A stretch of DNA of 64,000 bases from Polyangiales bacterium (GTDB lineage: Bacteria; Myxococcota_A; Polyangia; Polyangiales; JADJQN01). The position numbers and the translations under genes are program-made. The stretch's first letter is position 1. Each line of letters begins with the position of its first letter. The stretch spans positions 416,001-480,000 of the forward strand of contig CAXNJO010000003.1 in the NCBI GenBank assembly GCA_964202905.1, given 5' to 3'. Shown one piece after another: positions 20,160 through 30,834 of the stretch. Below the pieces are notes generated by a model. The model had not been told where the DNA came from, made no database searches, and saw only the letters and a list, made by a program, of their open reading frames with translations.

Positions 20160-21248
20160 TCAGTCGCGACCGAGCAACCAATCCATGAAGCGCCCGAACC
20201 AGCCCTTGCGCTGCGCAGGCACCCCGGCGCCCCCCCCGGCGCCCGCAGCGGGTGCGAAGCCGGACACCTTGGCCGGTGGCATCGAGGAGCTGCCGCCGTA
20301 GCGCTCGGGCCGCAGCGACTCGCCGTCGTCCGCATTCCGCGGCGGCGCGAGCCCGCTCGGCACCGCGTGCCCGTTGGCGGTGAGCGCGTCGGCGCAGATG
20401 CGGCGCAGATCCATCTCGCCGAGCCCGGCGAGGTCGAGCCGCTGCACGTAGCCGAGGAGTTCGGCGACGAGCTTCGAGCTCTTGCCGCCGCGGCTCGCGC
20501 GGAGCAGAGACGGCGCCGCGAGCCGCGAGAAGATCGTGACGCGCTGCAGGTGCGAGAGGGAGTGGATCGGCGCGACGATCGAGCCCGAGACCGCCTCGAC
20601 GACCTCTTGTGGGAGTTGGTTGCGCCGGAGCATCCGCGCGCCGATGATCTCGGCGGGCGCGCCGTAGCGCTTGCGCTCGCGCGCGATGCGCGCGGCCGGG
20701 TCGCCGATCGTCGAGCGCCAGAGCTTCGTGTAGCGCTCGGTGTCGGCGGCCGCGCACGCCATCGCGCCGATCTCGCAGAGGAGCCCGGCGAGGTAGCCGA
20801 GGGACTGCTTCGGGTTGCCGAAGTGCTTGCTCAGATAGCGCGCGATCTCGGCCGAGACGGTGGACGCCTCCTGCAGCTCGACGGAGAGCGCGCCCTCGGC
20901 CGCGAACGCCGCGAGCATCGCCATCGCGCCCGCCATGACGTTGAGCTCGGCCATGCCGATGAGGGTCACGGCGCGCTTGAGATCGGAGACCTTCTCGGCC
21001 TGCGCGTACAGCGGGCTGTTCGCGATGCGCAGCACCTCGGCCGCCATCGCCGGATCCTCCGCGAGCGCCTGCACGACGGGCGTGAACCCCGACCGCTCGT
21101 TGCGCGTCAGCTCGAGCAACCGCGCCGCGGCGGCGGGCACGGCCGCGACCTCGTTGATGCGCGCGAGCACCTGACCGAGGCGCTCCTGATCGACGGCGTC
21201 GGTGTCCGAGCTGAGCTCGAGATCCGTCCACTCCCCGCGGCCGCTCAT
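20160..21248 (-). CDS. HDOD-domain protein
   Basis: DPAMAAEVLRIANSPLY..VSDLKRAVTLIG and YLAGLLCEIG (HD replaced by CE). ATG at 21248. Confidence 0.85.
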   Translation of the reverse strand: MSGRGEWTDLELSSDTDAVDQERLGQVLARINEVAAVPAAAARLLELTRNERSGFTPVVQALAEDPAMAAEVLRIANSPLYAQAEKVSDLKRAVTLIGMAELNVMAGAMAMLAAFAAEGALSVELQEASTVSAEIARYLSKHFGNPKQSLGYLAGLLCEIGAMACAAADTERYTKLWRSTIGDPAARIARERKRYGAPAEIIGARMLRRNQLPQEVVEAVSGSIVAPIHSLSHLQRVTIFSRLAAPSLLRASRGGKSSKLVAELLGYVQRLDLAGLGEMDLRRICADALTANGHAVPSGLAPPRNADDGESLRPERYGGSSSMPPAKVSGFAPAAGAGGGAGVPAQRKGWFGRFMDWLLGRD

Positions 21249-21459
21249 CGCGCCCCCCCGGCGAGGGCTGCGGCGTGGACGCAGGAGGGGCGGAGGAGGT
21301 CGGTCATGGTGGACGGGTCGCGCGCGTCGCATGCCGCGTCGGCTCGAGCGCAGCGAGGGCGAGGACGAGACCCTATCACACCGCCGCGGGCTGCGGCCGG
21401 CCGATGCACCCCGCCGCGGCGAGGGCGGGGACCCACGGCGCCACCGCGCCGCGTCGCGG

Positions 21460-23643
21460 TCATGACGCCACCGCGCGGAGGCGACCGGCGAGCGCGTCAC
21501 CGACCACTTGCAACAGCGCGCGCTGGCCGAACGGCTTCGCGAGGAAGCCGAAGTCCTCGCTCAGGATGCCCGCGCGCACGACCTCGTCGTCCGTGTAGCC
21601 CGACATGAACACGACGCGGAGCCCGGGACGCTCCTCGGCGATCACGCGCGCGAGCTCGCCACCACCCATCTCGGGCATCACGACGTCGCTGAGCAGCAGG
21701 TCGATGGGGCCCTCGTGCGCGCGGGCCTTCGCGAGCGCATCGACGCCGTTGCGCGCGGCGAGGACACGGTGGCCACCCCCGACGAGGATGCGCTCCGCGA
21801 GCTGCCGCAGCGCGAGCTCGTCCTCGGCGAGCAGGATGGTCGCGCCGGTCGGGCCCGCGGGCTGCCTCGGCGCGCGCTCCGCGGGGGCAGGGGCTGCGAG
21901 CGCGGGCGGCTCGCTGAGCGGCAGGTAGAGATCGAAGATCGTGCCTTCGCCGGGATAGCTGCGCACGTCGATGTGTCCGCCGCTGCTCCGCACGAACGAG
22001 TAGACCATCGCGAGACCGAGGCCGGCGCCGCGCCCCGTCGCGCGCGTCGTGAAGAAGGGCTCGAAGACGCGCGGCCGCGCGGACTCGTCGATCCCGGTGC
22101 CCGTGTCCTCGACCGAGATGCGCACGTACGGCCCGGGCTCGAGCCGCAGCTCGCGCGCATCGACCTCGTCCAGCGTGATCGGCTGCGTGGACAGCGTCAC
22201 CTTGCCGCCACCGGACATCGCGTCGCGCGCGTTGGTGACGAGCTCGATCAGCGCGCGCTCGAGCTGCGGGGCGTCGGCGCGCAGCAGCATCGGGGCCTCG
22301 CCGAGCTCCGTCCGCACCTCGACCTGCACGCCGGCCGCGCTGCGCAGGGCCGGCAGCACCCCGCTGACGAACACGTTGACGTCGAAGAGCGCGCTCTGCT
22401 GGATCGAGCGCCGCCCGAAGGCGAGGAGGCGCGCCGTGAGGTCCCGGGCGCGGCCGGCCGCCTCGAGCGCGCTCACGACCCACTCCTGGTTGGACTCCGG
22501 GACGATCGCGTCGTCCACCAGGATCTCGAGATTGCCGGTGATGACCGTCAGCAAATTGTTGAAATCATGAGCGATTCCACCGGCGAGCCGCCCGAGCGCC
22601 TCCATCTTCTGGGCCTGGAGGAGTTGCGCCTCGAGCACCTTGCGCTCGGTGAGGTCCGTCGCGACCCCCACGATGCCGACGACCTCGCCGCGCGGGTTGC
22701 GGAGCGGCGCCTTGCGCACGAGCAGCTCGCGGCGCGGCTCCGCGCCGAAGGAGCGCTCCGTCGTCGAGGGGCGCCCCGTCTCGCGCACGCGTGCGTCTTC
22801 GGCGCGCGAGAGCTCGCCCTGCTCGGGCCCGAGGAGCGCGGCGTCGGTGGCGCCGAGGATCTCGGACTCGGGTCGACCGAAGAGATCGGTGCCGGCGGGG
22901 TTGATCATCACGTAGCGGCCCTCGAGATCGAGGGCGAAGACGGGGTTCCCCGAGGCGCGCGTGACGCCGCCGAGCAGCTCCGCGTTTTCGTGGAGGGCGC
23001 GCCCGGTGCGCAGGTGCTGCACGACGGCCGAGGCCTGCTGGGCGAGCGCCGACGCGAGTTCGGGCGTGAGCCCGAGTTGGGCATCGGGCGGAGAGGCGAG
23101 GAGCAGCTGCTTCGGGCGGAGCGACGCGCCGCGGATGGCGATGGCGCCCACCTCGCGGGCCCCGCTGCGGATGGCGAGCGAGTGCGCGGCGTCGTCGAGG
23201 CTCGCCGCGCGACCGGCCTCGGGCGGCAGATCCCCGCTCGGCCAGCGCATCGCGCAGCGCCAGCCCGACGCGTCCTCGCGCCACAGCTCGGCCATCGCAG
23301 CGCCCACGGCCGGCACGATCAACGACGCCAGCTCCGCGAGCGCGGCGTCCGGGTCGGCGGGCGTGAGCGCCAGCGCGGAGATCGCGCTGAGCAGCGTCAA
23401 CTCCGCGCTGCGGCGGCGCTCCGCCTCGAGGGCGCGCTCCTGGTCCTTCTGCGCTTCGAGGCGACGGTGGCGCTCGAGGAGCTCGTCGCTGACCGTCTGC
23501 AACGAGTGCTCGAGGAGCGCGCGGTCCGTGTCGTGCTGCGCGTACGTCTCCGCGATCGTCTCGAAGAGCGGGCGCAGCGACTCGGGCACGACGAAGTCCG
23601 CGCCGAGCGCCCGCCGCAGCTGACGTCGCAGCAGGTGGTGCAT
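21460..23643 (-). CDS. Hybrid sensor histidine kinase (GAF-like, PAS, HisKA, HATPase, REC)
   Basis: [37 protein letters not shown], and REC motif LLSDVVMP. Confidence 0.95.
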   Translation of the reverse strand: MHHLLRRQLRRALGADFVVPESLRPLFETIAETYAQHDTDRALLEHSLQTVSDELLERHRRLEAQKDQERALEAERRRSAELTLLSAISALALTPADPDAALAELASLIVPAVGAAMAELWREDASGWRCAMRWPSGDLPPEAGRAASLDDAAHSLAIRSGAREVGAIAIRGASLRPKQLLLASPPDAQLGLTPELASALAQQASAVVQHLRTGRALHENAELLGGVTRASGNPVFALDLEGRYVMINPAGTDLFGRPESEILGATDAALLGPEQGELSRAEDARVRETGRPSTTERSFGAEPRRELLVRKAPLRNPRGEVVGIVGVATDLTERKVLEAQLLQAQKMEALGRLAGGIAHDFNNLLTVITGNLEILVDDAIVPESNQEWVVSALEAAGRARDLTARLLAFGRRSIQQSALFDVNVFVSGVLPALRSAAGVQVEVRTELGEAPMLLRADAPQLERALIELVTNARDAMSGGGKVTLSTQPITLDEVDARELRLEPGPYVRISVEDTGTGIDESARPRVFEPFFTTRATGRGAGLGLAMVYSFVRSSGGHIDVRSYPGEGTIFDLYLPLSEPPALAAPAPAERAPRQPAGPTGATILLAEDELALRQLAERILVGGGHRVLAARNGVDALAKARAHEGPIDLLLSDVVMPEMGGGELARVIAEERPGLRVVFMSGYTDDEVVRAGILSEDFGFLAKPFGQRALLQVVGDALAGRLRAVAS

Positions 23644-23649
23644 CCGCGC

Positions 23650-24838
23650 TCAGACCTCGGCGAAGGTGCTGATGGTCATCGTCTGATTGTGGAGTTCGCA
23701 GCGGGCGCCCTGCGTGCGCGGGGAGATCTCGCCGTAGGAGTAGAAACCCGCGAGCGCGCAGCCGGGGCCGACGACCTCGCGCACGCCTTCGAGTTCCTCG
23801 TCGGTGCGCACGCCGAGCACGAGCTTGCGACCGACGCAGCTGACGAGCAGGGCGAGCGAGGCGGGCGTCCCGCCCATGAGCGCGTGCGAGGCGCTGGCCG
23901 CGCCGCTCGCGCCGTCGATGAGCCGATCGAGGTTCGCGCGCATGAGCCGCGCGAAGCTCCCCTGCGGCACGTCCCCCGCGAAGATCAGGCTGCCCGCGGC
24001 CTCGTCGATGCCGAGGATGGTGCGCACGACGCCCGATGCGCGGCCCGGGTCGAGGACCATCAGCGGGAAGAGCAGACCGCTCGCGGGGAGGCGCTCCGCG
24101 TGCGGGCCGAGGTAGCGGCGGTAGAGCGCGAGCGCGGACTCGCCGTCGAGCTCGTAGAGGACGTTGCCGACGGCGCGGGTCACGACGCGGTCGGGACCGA
24201 ACGGGATCCCAACCGCCGAGCGAGCCGTGGCCCGTGACGAGCCGCTCCCCGTAGAGCCCGAGCGCGACGACCTCGCCCGCGCGCGCCTCGCCCCCGACGA
24301 CGACGCACGTCTCCGCGAACGCCGCGCCGTCGCCGGCGAGCCCGCCCGTGACCGGCACGCCGTCGACGGCCTCGGTGAGCCCGCGCGCGAGGTCGCTGCC
24401 GTTGACGCGCAGCCCCTCCGAGAACACGAGCACGTGCCGGAGCCCCGGCCCCGCGAGCTCGACGCCGAGGGCGCGGCCCGTCTCGAAGCTGGCGTCCGCC
24501 GCGGGCAGCGCGCGGGCCGCGCAGCGCACCGACGCGTGCTCGAGGGTGACCGCCGTGGCGACCACGGTGTCGTCGAGCACACGATCATCGAGCACACGGT
24601 CGTCGGTGGGCTTCTCGCCCGATGGGCCACCCGCGAGGGCGCGGCCATCCACGATCTCACCCGAGGTGCTCGCGCCGATCACGGGGACGCCGGGCCACGC
24701 GGCGCGCAGGTCGGCGAGCGCGGACGTCTCGTGCAGGGCCTGCCGCGCACCGAAGACCAGCACGAACGAAGGCGTGTCACCCCCGAGCGGTGCGCTCCAA
24801 CCCGTCCCGGCCTTGTGGATCCGCTGAGCGACGCGCAT
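23650..24838 (-). CDS. FIST-domain (NosP-like) signal protein (frameshift near 24206)
   Basis: GASTSGEI, EGLRVNGS, TGGLAGDG, GGWDP / FGP.RVVTRA.GNVLYELDG, SCVGRK and GFYSYGEI..LHNQTMT. Confidence 0.85.
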
Positions 24839-24995
24839 GGGGTCTCCTAGGACGTCGCGTGGCGGCGCCCGCGCGCGGATCAACGGCCCGCTGGAGCCAC
24901 CCTTGAGGGGCCCCGCGACGAATGGGCCACGCGCGCCCCGCGTGCCCGAGCCACGTCTCGAAACGCGACGGCGGCGCGTGGGCCTGGCGCCGCGG

Positions 24996-27350
24996 TCAGA
25001 GCATGTTCACCGGGTCCACATCGACCGACGCGCGCGCCGGCGCGAGCCCGGCGTCGATGCGGTCGGCGACGGCCGTCGCGACGGCGCGGAGCGCGCCCCG
25101 ATCGGCGCCGCGCAGCATCAGCCGCCAGCGGAAGCGGGCGCGGAGACGCGTGATGGGTGCGGGGGCCGGCCCGAGGACGCGCACGAGCCCGCGCACGACG
25201 GCCGGGTGCGCCCGCGCGACGCGCGCCAGTTCCTCCGTGGCGGCCTGCGCCTGCCCCTCGTCGCCCGCGTCGACACGCACCGCGACGAGCCGCGAAAAGG
25301 GCGCGTAGCCGAGCTCGCGCCGCGCCTCGAGCTCGGTCGCGTGGAAGCTGAAGTAGTCGTGCCGACTCGCGTGGATGATCGCGGGGTTTTCGGGCTGCCA
25401 GGTCTGGAGCAGCACGCGCCCCTCGCCGTCGCCGCGGCCCGCGCGCCCCGCGACCTGCGCGAGGAGCTGGAAGGTGCGCTCGGCCGCGCGGAAATCCGGG
25501 AAGGCGAGGGACTGATCGGCGACGATCACGCCGACGAGCGTCACGCCGGGCAGATCGTGGCCCTTCGTGACCATCTGCGTGCCGACGAGCAGGTCGATCT
25601 CGCGCCGCCGCATCCGCTCGAGCACCGCCTCGACGCCATCCACGCCGCGCGCCGTGTCGCGATCGAGCCGCGCGACGCGCGCCGGCGCGAAGACCTGCGC
25701 GAGCGCGTCCTCGAGGCGCTCCGTCCCGAGGCCGATCGGCTCGAGGGCCTCCTTCTGGCAACGAAGACAGGTGCGCGAGGCGGGCGCGGCGAAGTCGCAG
25801 TAATGACAGCGCAGCGCGCGCGCGCTGCGGTGCTCGGTGAGCGCGACGCTGCAGGCCGGGCACTCCATGATCTCCTCGCACGCCCCGCAGCGCAGGGTCG
25901 GCGAGAAGCCCCGGCGGTTGAGGAAGAGGATCGCCTGCCCCTGCTGCGCGAGGCACTGCTCGATCGCGCGGTGCAGCGGCGTCGTGATGAGCGGGTGGCC
26001 GCTCGGCGTGCCGCGGTAGCGCGCGAGATCGACGATCTCGACGCGGGGGAGCGGGCGCGGCGTCGCGCGCTCGGGCATCGAGAGCCGCGTGAGGCGCCGC
26101 TGTTCGGAGAGGTGGTAGCTCTCGACGCTCGGCGTCGCGCTGCCGAGCACGCAGAGGGCGCCGGCGCGGTGCGCGCGCAGCAGCGCGAGGTCGCGCGCGT
26201 GGTAGCGGAAGCCCTCCTCCTGCTTGAACGACGGGTCGTGCTCTTCGTCGACGACGATGACGCCGAGGCGCGCGACGGGCGCGAAGATCGCCGAGCGCGC
26301 GCCGATCGCGAGCGTCACCGCGCCGCTCCGCAGGGCCCGCCACGCGTCGTTGCGCTCGCGGTCCTTGAGGCCGCTGTGCAGCACCGCGAGCCCGTCGCCG
26401 AAGCGCGCGCGGAAGCGGCCGACGAGCTGCGGCGTCAGCGCGATCTCGGGCACGAGGAGGATCGCGCCGCGCCCCTGTGCACGCACCGCGTCGATCGTGC
26501 GGAGGTAGACCTCCGTCTTGCCGGAGCCCGTCACGCCGTGGAGCAGGAAGCCGCGGTATCCGCCCGCCTCCGCCGCGGCGACGAGCGCGTCGATCGCGGC
26601 CTGTTGCGCGGGGTTGGGCACGGGCGGCACGTCGCGCGGGACGCTCGTCGCGAAGTACGGATCGGCGACGACGTCGCGCTCCTCGGTCGCGACGAGGCCG
26701 CGCCGCGCGAGCGCCCGGAGCACGGTGCGCGGCTCCTCGACGTGCTGCCGCAACTCCGCGAGGGACACCTCGCCGCGCGCCTCGAGCAGCGCGAGCACCT
26801 CCCGCTGTCGCTCGCCGAGGCGCTCCTCCCCGCGCGGCGCGTCGGTGCGCCTCACGAAGAGCGCGCGTCGCGTCGCGATCGCGGCGCCGGGCAGCGCCTC
26901 CTCCGCGTCGAGGAAGCCCTCGTCCCGCAGGCGCGCGTGCACCTCGTCCGGCAGCGCGGGCGTGGCCGCGCGCAGCACCTCGCCGAGCGGATGCAGGTAG
27001 TAGTCGGCGGCCTCGACGAGCAGCGCGAGCAGCTCCGCGGTGAACACGGGCGTCGCGTCGATGAGACCCGCGATGCTGCGGACGCGGCTGCCCGGCGGCG
27101 GCACGGGCGCGGGGCCGAGCACGATCGCCGGGAGTTTGCGCGGGCCGAAGGGGACCGCGACGCGCACGCCGGGGACGACCTGCGCGACGAGCCGCGCGGG
27201 CACGCGGTAGGTGAAGCGGCGGCGCAGCGGCACGGGCACCGCGACCTCGACGAGCGCGTCGCCGGGCTCGCGGGCGTCGGACGCGCGCGGGGCGCGCTCC
27301 CGGCGCGCGGGTGGGCGCGGCGCGCCGGTGTCGAAGAGCGTGCCGGTCAA
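24996..27350 (-). CDS. priA: Primosomal protein N' (replication restart helicase)
   Basis: GVTGSGKTEVY, DEEH, LNRRG, Cys-rich CxxC motifs and QVAGRAGR. Probable TTG start overlapping the upstream stop (TTGA). Confidence 0.95.
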   Translation of the reverse strand: MTGTLFDTGAPRPPARRERAPRASDAREPGDALVEVAVPVPLRRRFTYRVPARLVAQVVPGVRVAVPFGPRKLPAIVLGPAPVPPPGSRVRSIAGLIDATPVFTAELLALLVEAADYYLHPLGEVLRAATPALPDEVHARLRDEGFLDAEEALPGAAIATRRALFVRRTDAPRGEERLGERQREVLALLEARGEVSLAELRQHVEEPRTVLRALARRGLVATEERDVVADPYFATSVPRDVPPVPNPAQQAAIDALVAAAEAGGYRGFLLHGVTGSGKTEVYLRTIDAVRAQGRGAILLVPEIALTPQLVGRFRARFGDGLAVLHSGLKDRERNDAWRALRSGAVTLAIGARSAIFAPVARLGVIVVDEEHDPSFKQEEGFRYHARDLALLRAHRAGALCVLGSATPSVESYHLSEQRRLTRLSMPERATPRPLPRVEIVDLARYRGTPSGHPLITTPLHRAIEQCLAQQGQAILFLNRRGFSPTLRCGACEEIMECPACSVALTEHRSARALRCHYCDFAAPASRTCLRCQKEALEPIGLGTERLEDALAQVFAPARVARLDRDTARGVDGVEAVLERMRRREIDLLVGTQMVTKGHDLPGVTLVGVIVADQSLAFPDFRAAERTFQLLAQVAGRAGRGDGEGRVLLQTWQPENPAIIHASRHDYFSFHATELEARRELGYAPFSRLVAVRVDAGDEGQAQAATEELARVARAHPAVVRGLVRVLGPAPAPITRLRARFRWRLMLRGADRGALRAVATAVADRIDAGLAPARASVDVDPVNML

Positions 27351-28420
27351 GGGCGCGGCTCCGCGTCGCCGTCGTCCGCGCGGGCGCGCTGCTCCCACGC
27401 GACGTGCAGCACGGCGGCCACGGCCTCGAACAGCGACTCCGGGATCGGCGCGCCGTGCTCGAGCGCGAAGAGCGCCCGCGCGAGCGGCACGTCGCGCAGC
27501 ACGGGCACGCCGGCCTCCTCGGCCGCGCGGATCATGCGCTGCGCGAGCTCGTCGGCGCCGCGCGCGAGGACCTCGGGCGCGTCCTGCTCGCCGTCTTCGT
27601 CGTACTGCAGCGCGACGGCGAGGTGCGTCGGGTTCACGACGAGCACGTCCGCGCCGCGCACGCGCTCGAGGACGCCGTGCTCGAGGATCTCGCGGCGCAA
27701 GCGCTCCCGCTCGCCCTTGGTGTGCGGATCGCCGTCGCTCTCCTTGTGCTCACGCTTCACCTCGTCCTTCGACATGCGCTGATCGACGAGGAACTGCCAG
27801 CGCTGGTAGAGCAGGTCGAGCGCCCCGAGGGCGGCCATCGCGCCGCCGACGCGCAGCAGCAGCGCGGAGACCAGCGCGCCCGCGCCGCGCAGCGCCGCCC
27901 CGGCGTCACGGCCGGTCAGCGCGAGCACGCCGCGGGCGCCGTCGCGCAGCGTCACCCAGGCCGTCGCGCCGACCACCACCATCACGATCGCGGCCTTCAC
28001 GAGCTCCACGAGGCGCTTGCGTTGCAGGAGGTTGCGCACGCCGGCGAGGGGGTCGAGCCGCGAGAGGCGGGGCTCGACGCTCTCGAGCGCGAGGAGCGGG
28101 CCGACTTGCAGGAAGCCCGCGAGCGTCCCGGCGACGAGCGCGGCGCCGAGCGTCGGCGCGACCGCGCGCAGCCCGGTGCCGAGCGCCGCCTCGAGCGCCG
28201 CGCCCGGCGCGACGGGGCGCGTGCCGTCGACGGCGCCGAGCGAGAGGGAGAACACCCCACGCAGCGCGTCGAGCACCGACTCGCCCGTGAACGCGAGCGC
28301 GCCCGCCGTCGCGAGCACGACCGCGGCCGTGCCCGCGTCGCGGCTCCGCGCGACCCGCCCCTCGCGGCGTGCGTCGCGGAGCTTCTTCTCGGTGGGCTGC
28401 TCGGTCTTCTCGGAGGACAC
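27347..28420 (-). CDS. sctU: FlhB/EscU/YscU (SctU) export-apparatus switch protein
   Basis: SEKTEQPTEKKLRDARREG, 4 TMs, MSKDEVKREHKESDGDP, autocleavage motif NPTH and LARALF. Confidence 0.9.
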   Translation of the reverse strand: MSSEKTEQPTEKKLRDARREGRVARSRDAGTAAVVLATAGALAFTGESVLDALRGVFSLSLGAVDGTRPVAPGAALEAALGTGLRAVAPTLGAALVAGTLAGFLQVGPLLALESVEPRLSRLDPLAGVRNLLQRKRLVELVKAAIVMVVVGATAWVTLRDGARGVLALTGRDAGAALRGAGALVSALLLRVGGAMAALGALDLLYQRWQFLVDQRMSKDEVKREHKESDGDPHTKGERERLRREILEHGVLERVRGADVLVVNPTHLAVALQYDEDGEQDAPEVLARGADELAQRMIRAAEEAGVPVLRDVPLARALFALEHGAPIPESLFEAVAAVLHVAWEQRARADDGDAEPRP

Positions 28421-28511
28421 GGGCCCGCGAGCCTAACGCCGCAGGGCCCCGCACGGAACGGCGATTCCATACGGCAAATAACACAACGAATCCAAGCACA
28501 TACAGACTGCG

Positions 28512-30773
28512 TCAGTGACGCAGCGCCGCGTCCGCCTCCGCCGCGCCGACGCCGCGCCCCGCGCGCGCCGCGAGCAGCACGCCCCGCGCGCCCGAGGCGA
28601 GCAGCCCCGCGGCCGCGAGTCGCCGCTTGCGCTCGTCGGCGCCCTGCAGATCGCGCGACAGGCCGCGGCGCAGCGCACGCGCCGAGAGCCCGCCGGGGTG
28701 CCGCGAGCCCTCCGTGAGCGCGCGGGCGAAGGCGTCCCAGAACGCGCCGATGCCCATGTCCCTCAGGCGAAGGAGGCGCTCGAGGCGGGCGTGCAGCCGG
28801 CCGGTCTCGAGGTCACGCGCGTCGAAGAGCGGCTTGAACGACGCGACGCGCGCGCGCACGAGCTCGTCGAGCGCGCGGTCGGTGCGCATGCGCTGCGCGA
28901 GGGCGCGGAGCCCCGCGTCGCCCCCGCCGAGCGCGATGGCGTACGCGGCGTTGGGGCGCGCGCGCGCGTCCTCGAGGAGCGTCGCGAGCTCGGCCTCGAG
29001 GCCCGGATCGCCCGCTGCGCCGACGACGCCGACGATCGCGAGCGTGCGGTCGTCGTCGGCCCCGCTCCGCAGGTAGCCCATCAGCCGGGGGAGCACGCCG
29101 GACGGCACGCGGTGCACGAGCGCGCGTGTGAGCGCGGCGCGCTGATCCTCGGGCGTGCCGGGATCGACGAGGCGGTTCACGACCCGTTCGAGCGTCGCGT
29201 CGTCGCCCACGATGCCGAGGGCGTCCGCGGCCGCGAGCCGGATCCGCGGGTCGACAGCGGGGGCCTCGAGCCAGCCGTAGAGCGGCCCGGACGCCTCGCG
29301 CAGCCCGAGCCGCGCGACCGCGTCGAACGCCGCGAACGCGAGCGTCCCGTCGTCGCGCACGGGCCGCGCGAGCACGCGGAGGGCCGTCGTCCCCGCGGCC
29401 GCGTCGCCGCAGCGCGCCAGCATCCCGAGCGCCCACGCCTGCGTGGCCGACGACCCGAGCAGCGCGCGCGCGTCGGCGAGCGAGTCCGCCGAGCACGCGC
29501 CCGCCTCGCCCATCGCGACGAGGACCGCGCCCGAGAGGTCGCGGCGCGTCCGGAGCAGCCTGGCGAGGACGGGCTCGACGGCCGCGGGCTCGCCGATCGC
29601 GCCGAGAATATCGAGGATCTGGCGCGCGACCGCGTCGTCGGCGTCCGCGAGCAGCGGCTCGACGACGGCGACGGCGCGCGCGTCGCCCACCTCGGCGAGC
29701 GCGCGGGCGATGGCGATCCGCCCCGCCGGGTCGGGCGTGCGCTCGAGCTCGGCGACGAACGCGTCGCCGGCGCGCGGGTCGTAGATCTCGGCGATGAGGC
29801 GCCCGAGCAGCGCGCGCGTCGAGCGCTCGTCCGTGGTCTGCAGGAGCAGCGAGAGGCCGGGCGCGCCCACCTCGTGGCTGAACGCCTGACCGAGCGGCTC
29901 GCGGAGCGCGGGCTTGCTGGCGAGCGCGGCCGCGACCGCGCCGAGCGCCGCCCCCGTGCCGCAGCGTCCGAGGCTCACGCACGCGGCGACGGCGACCTCC
30001 TGCGCGGGATCGCGCGTCGCCGCGGCGAGCGCGTTGGCCGCGGGTTCGTCGCAGATCGGGCCGAGCCAGGTCGCCGAGAACTGACGCACGACGGGGTGCG
30101 CGTCGCCGAGGCGCGCGATCATCCCGTCGCGCCCGAGCACCGCGGCGAGCTTCGAGGCGTCGTAGCTCGGCGTCTGCTGGAGCGTGCCCTCGGCGAGCGC
30201 GCGCATGGCGTCCTCGAGGCCGCGCGGATCACCGAGCGCCGTGAGCGCCCAGGCGCCGATGAACTTCTCGCCCGGGTCGCTGCTCGTCAGCATGGCGGCG
30301 AGCCCGTCGCGCGCGGGGAGCGCGGCCGGCGCGCCGATGCGGGCGAGGGCCTCGGCGGCCGCCTTGCGCTCTTCGCCGCTGCGACCGAGGGCCTCGACGA
30401 GCAGCGGGACGCCCGGCGCGTGCTGCGCCTCGCCGAGGTAACGGAACGCGCCCGCGCGCGACGTCGAGTGCAGCCCCGCCTCGAGGAGGGATTGCACGCG
30501 CGGCGCGCCCACCTCGTGCGGGGTGCCGAGCGCGCTCGCGAGCTCTTCGGCGGAGCGGCTGCGCTCGCGCGTGTCGACGTACGCCCAGCCGCCGACGCCG
30601 GCGACCGCGAGCGCGAGCAGCGCGACGAGCAGCTTCGTGCGCAGCGGGACCTTCCGCTGCATCTCGGCGACGAACATCGCCGTCCCCATCACGGTGGAGG
30701 CGAACTTGTTGTTGAACTTCGCGCCGCTCTTGCGCTGCGTGAGCCCCTTGGGGACAAACGGATCGTCGCTCAT
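28512..30773 (-). CDS. HEAT-repeat protein with N-terminal TM anchor
   Basis: 753 aa with repeated PBS-lyase/HEAT-like units (RKAAAEALARIG, RLAAADALGIVGD). Confidence 0.75.
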   Translation of the reverse strand: MSDDPFVPKGLTQRKSGAKFNNKFASTVMGTAMFVAEMQRKVPLRTKLLVALLALAVAGVGGWAYVDTRERSRSAEELASALGTPHEVGAPRVQSLLEAGLHSTSRAGAFRYLGEAQHAPGVPLLVEALGRSGEERKAAAEALARIGAPAALPARDGLAAMLTSSDPGEKFIGAWALTALGDPRGLEDAMRALAEGTLQQTPSYDASKLAAVLGRDGMIARLGDAHPVVRQFSATWLGPICDEPAANALAAATRDPAQEVAVAACVSLGRCGTGAALGAVAAALASKPALREPLGQAFSHEVGAPGLSLLLQTTDERSTRALLGRLIAEIYDPRAGDAFVAELERTPDPAGRIAIARALAEVGDARAVAVVEPLLADADDAVARQILDILGAIGEPAAVEPVLARLLRTRRDLSGAVLVAMGEAGACSADSLADARALLGSSATQAWALGMLARCGDAAAGTTALRVLARPVRDDGTLAFAAFDAVARLGLREASGPLYGWLEAPAVDPRIRLAAADALGIVGDDATLERVVNRLVDPGTPEDQRAALTRALVHRVPSGVLPRLMGYLRSGADDDRTLAIVGVVGAAGDPGLEAELATLLEDARARPNAAYAIALGGGDAGLRALAQRMRTDRALDELVRARVASFKPLFDARDLETGRLHARLERLLRLRDMGIGAFWDAFARALTEGSRHPGGLSARALRRGLSRDLQGADERKRRLAAAGLLASGARGVLLAARAGRGVGAAEADAALRH

Positions 30774-30834
30774 GGCGACGGTTCTACACCACGCGCCCGG
30801 TGACCGGCTGCGTTCTTCGCGGGGGGCGGCTCCG

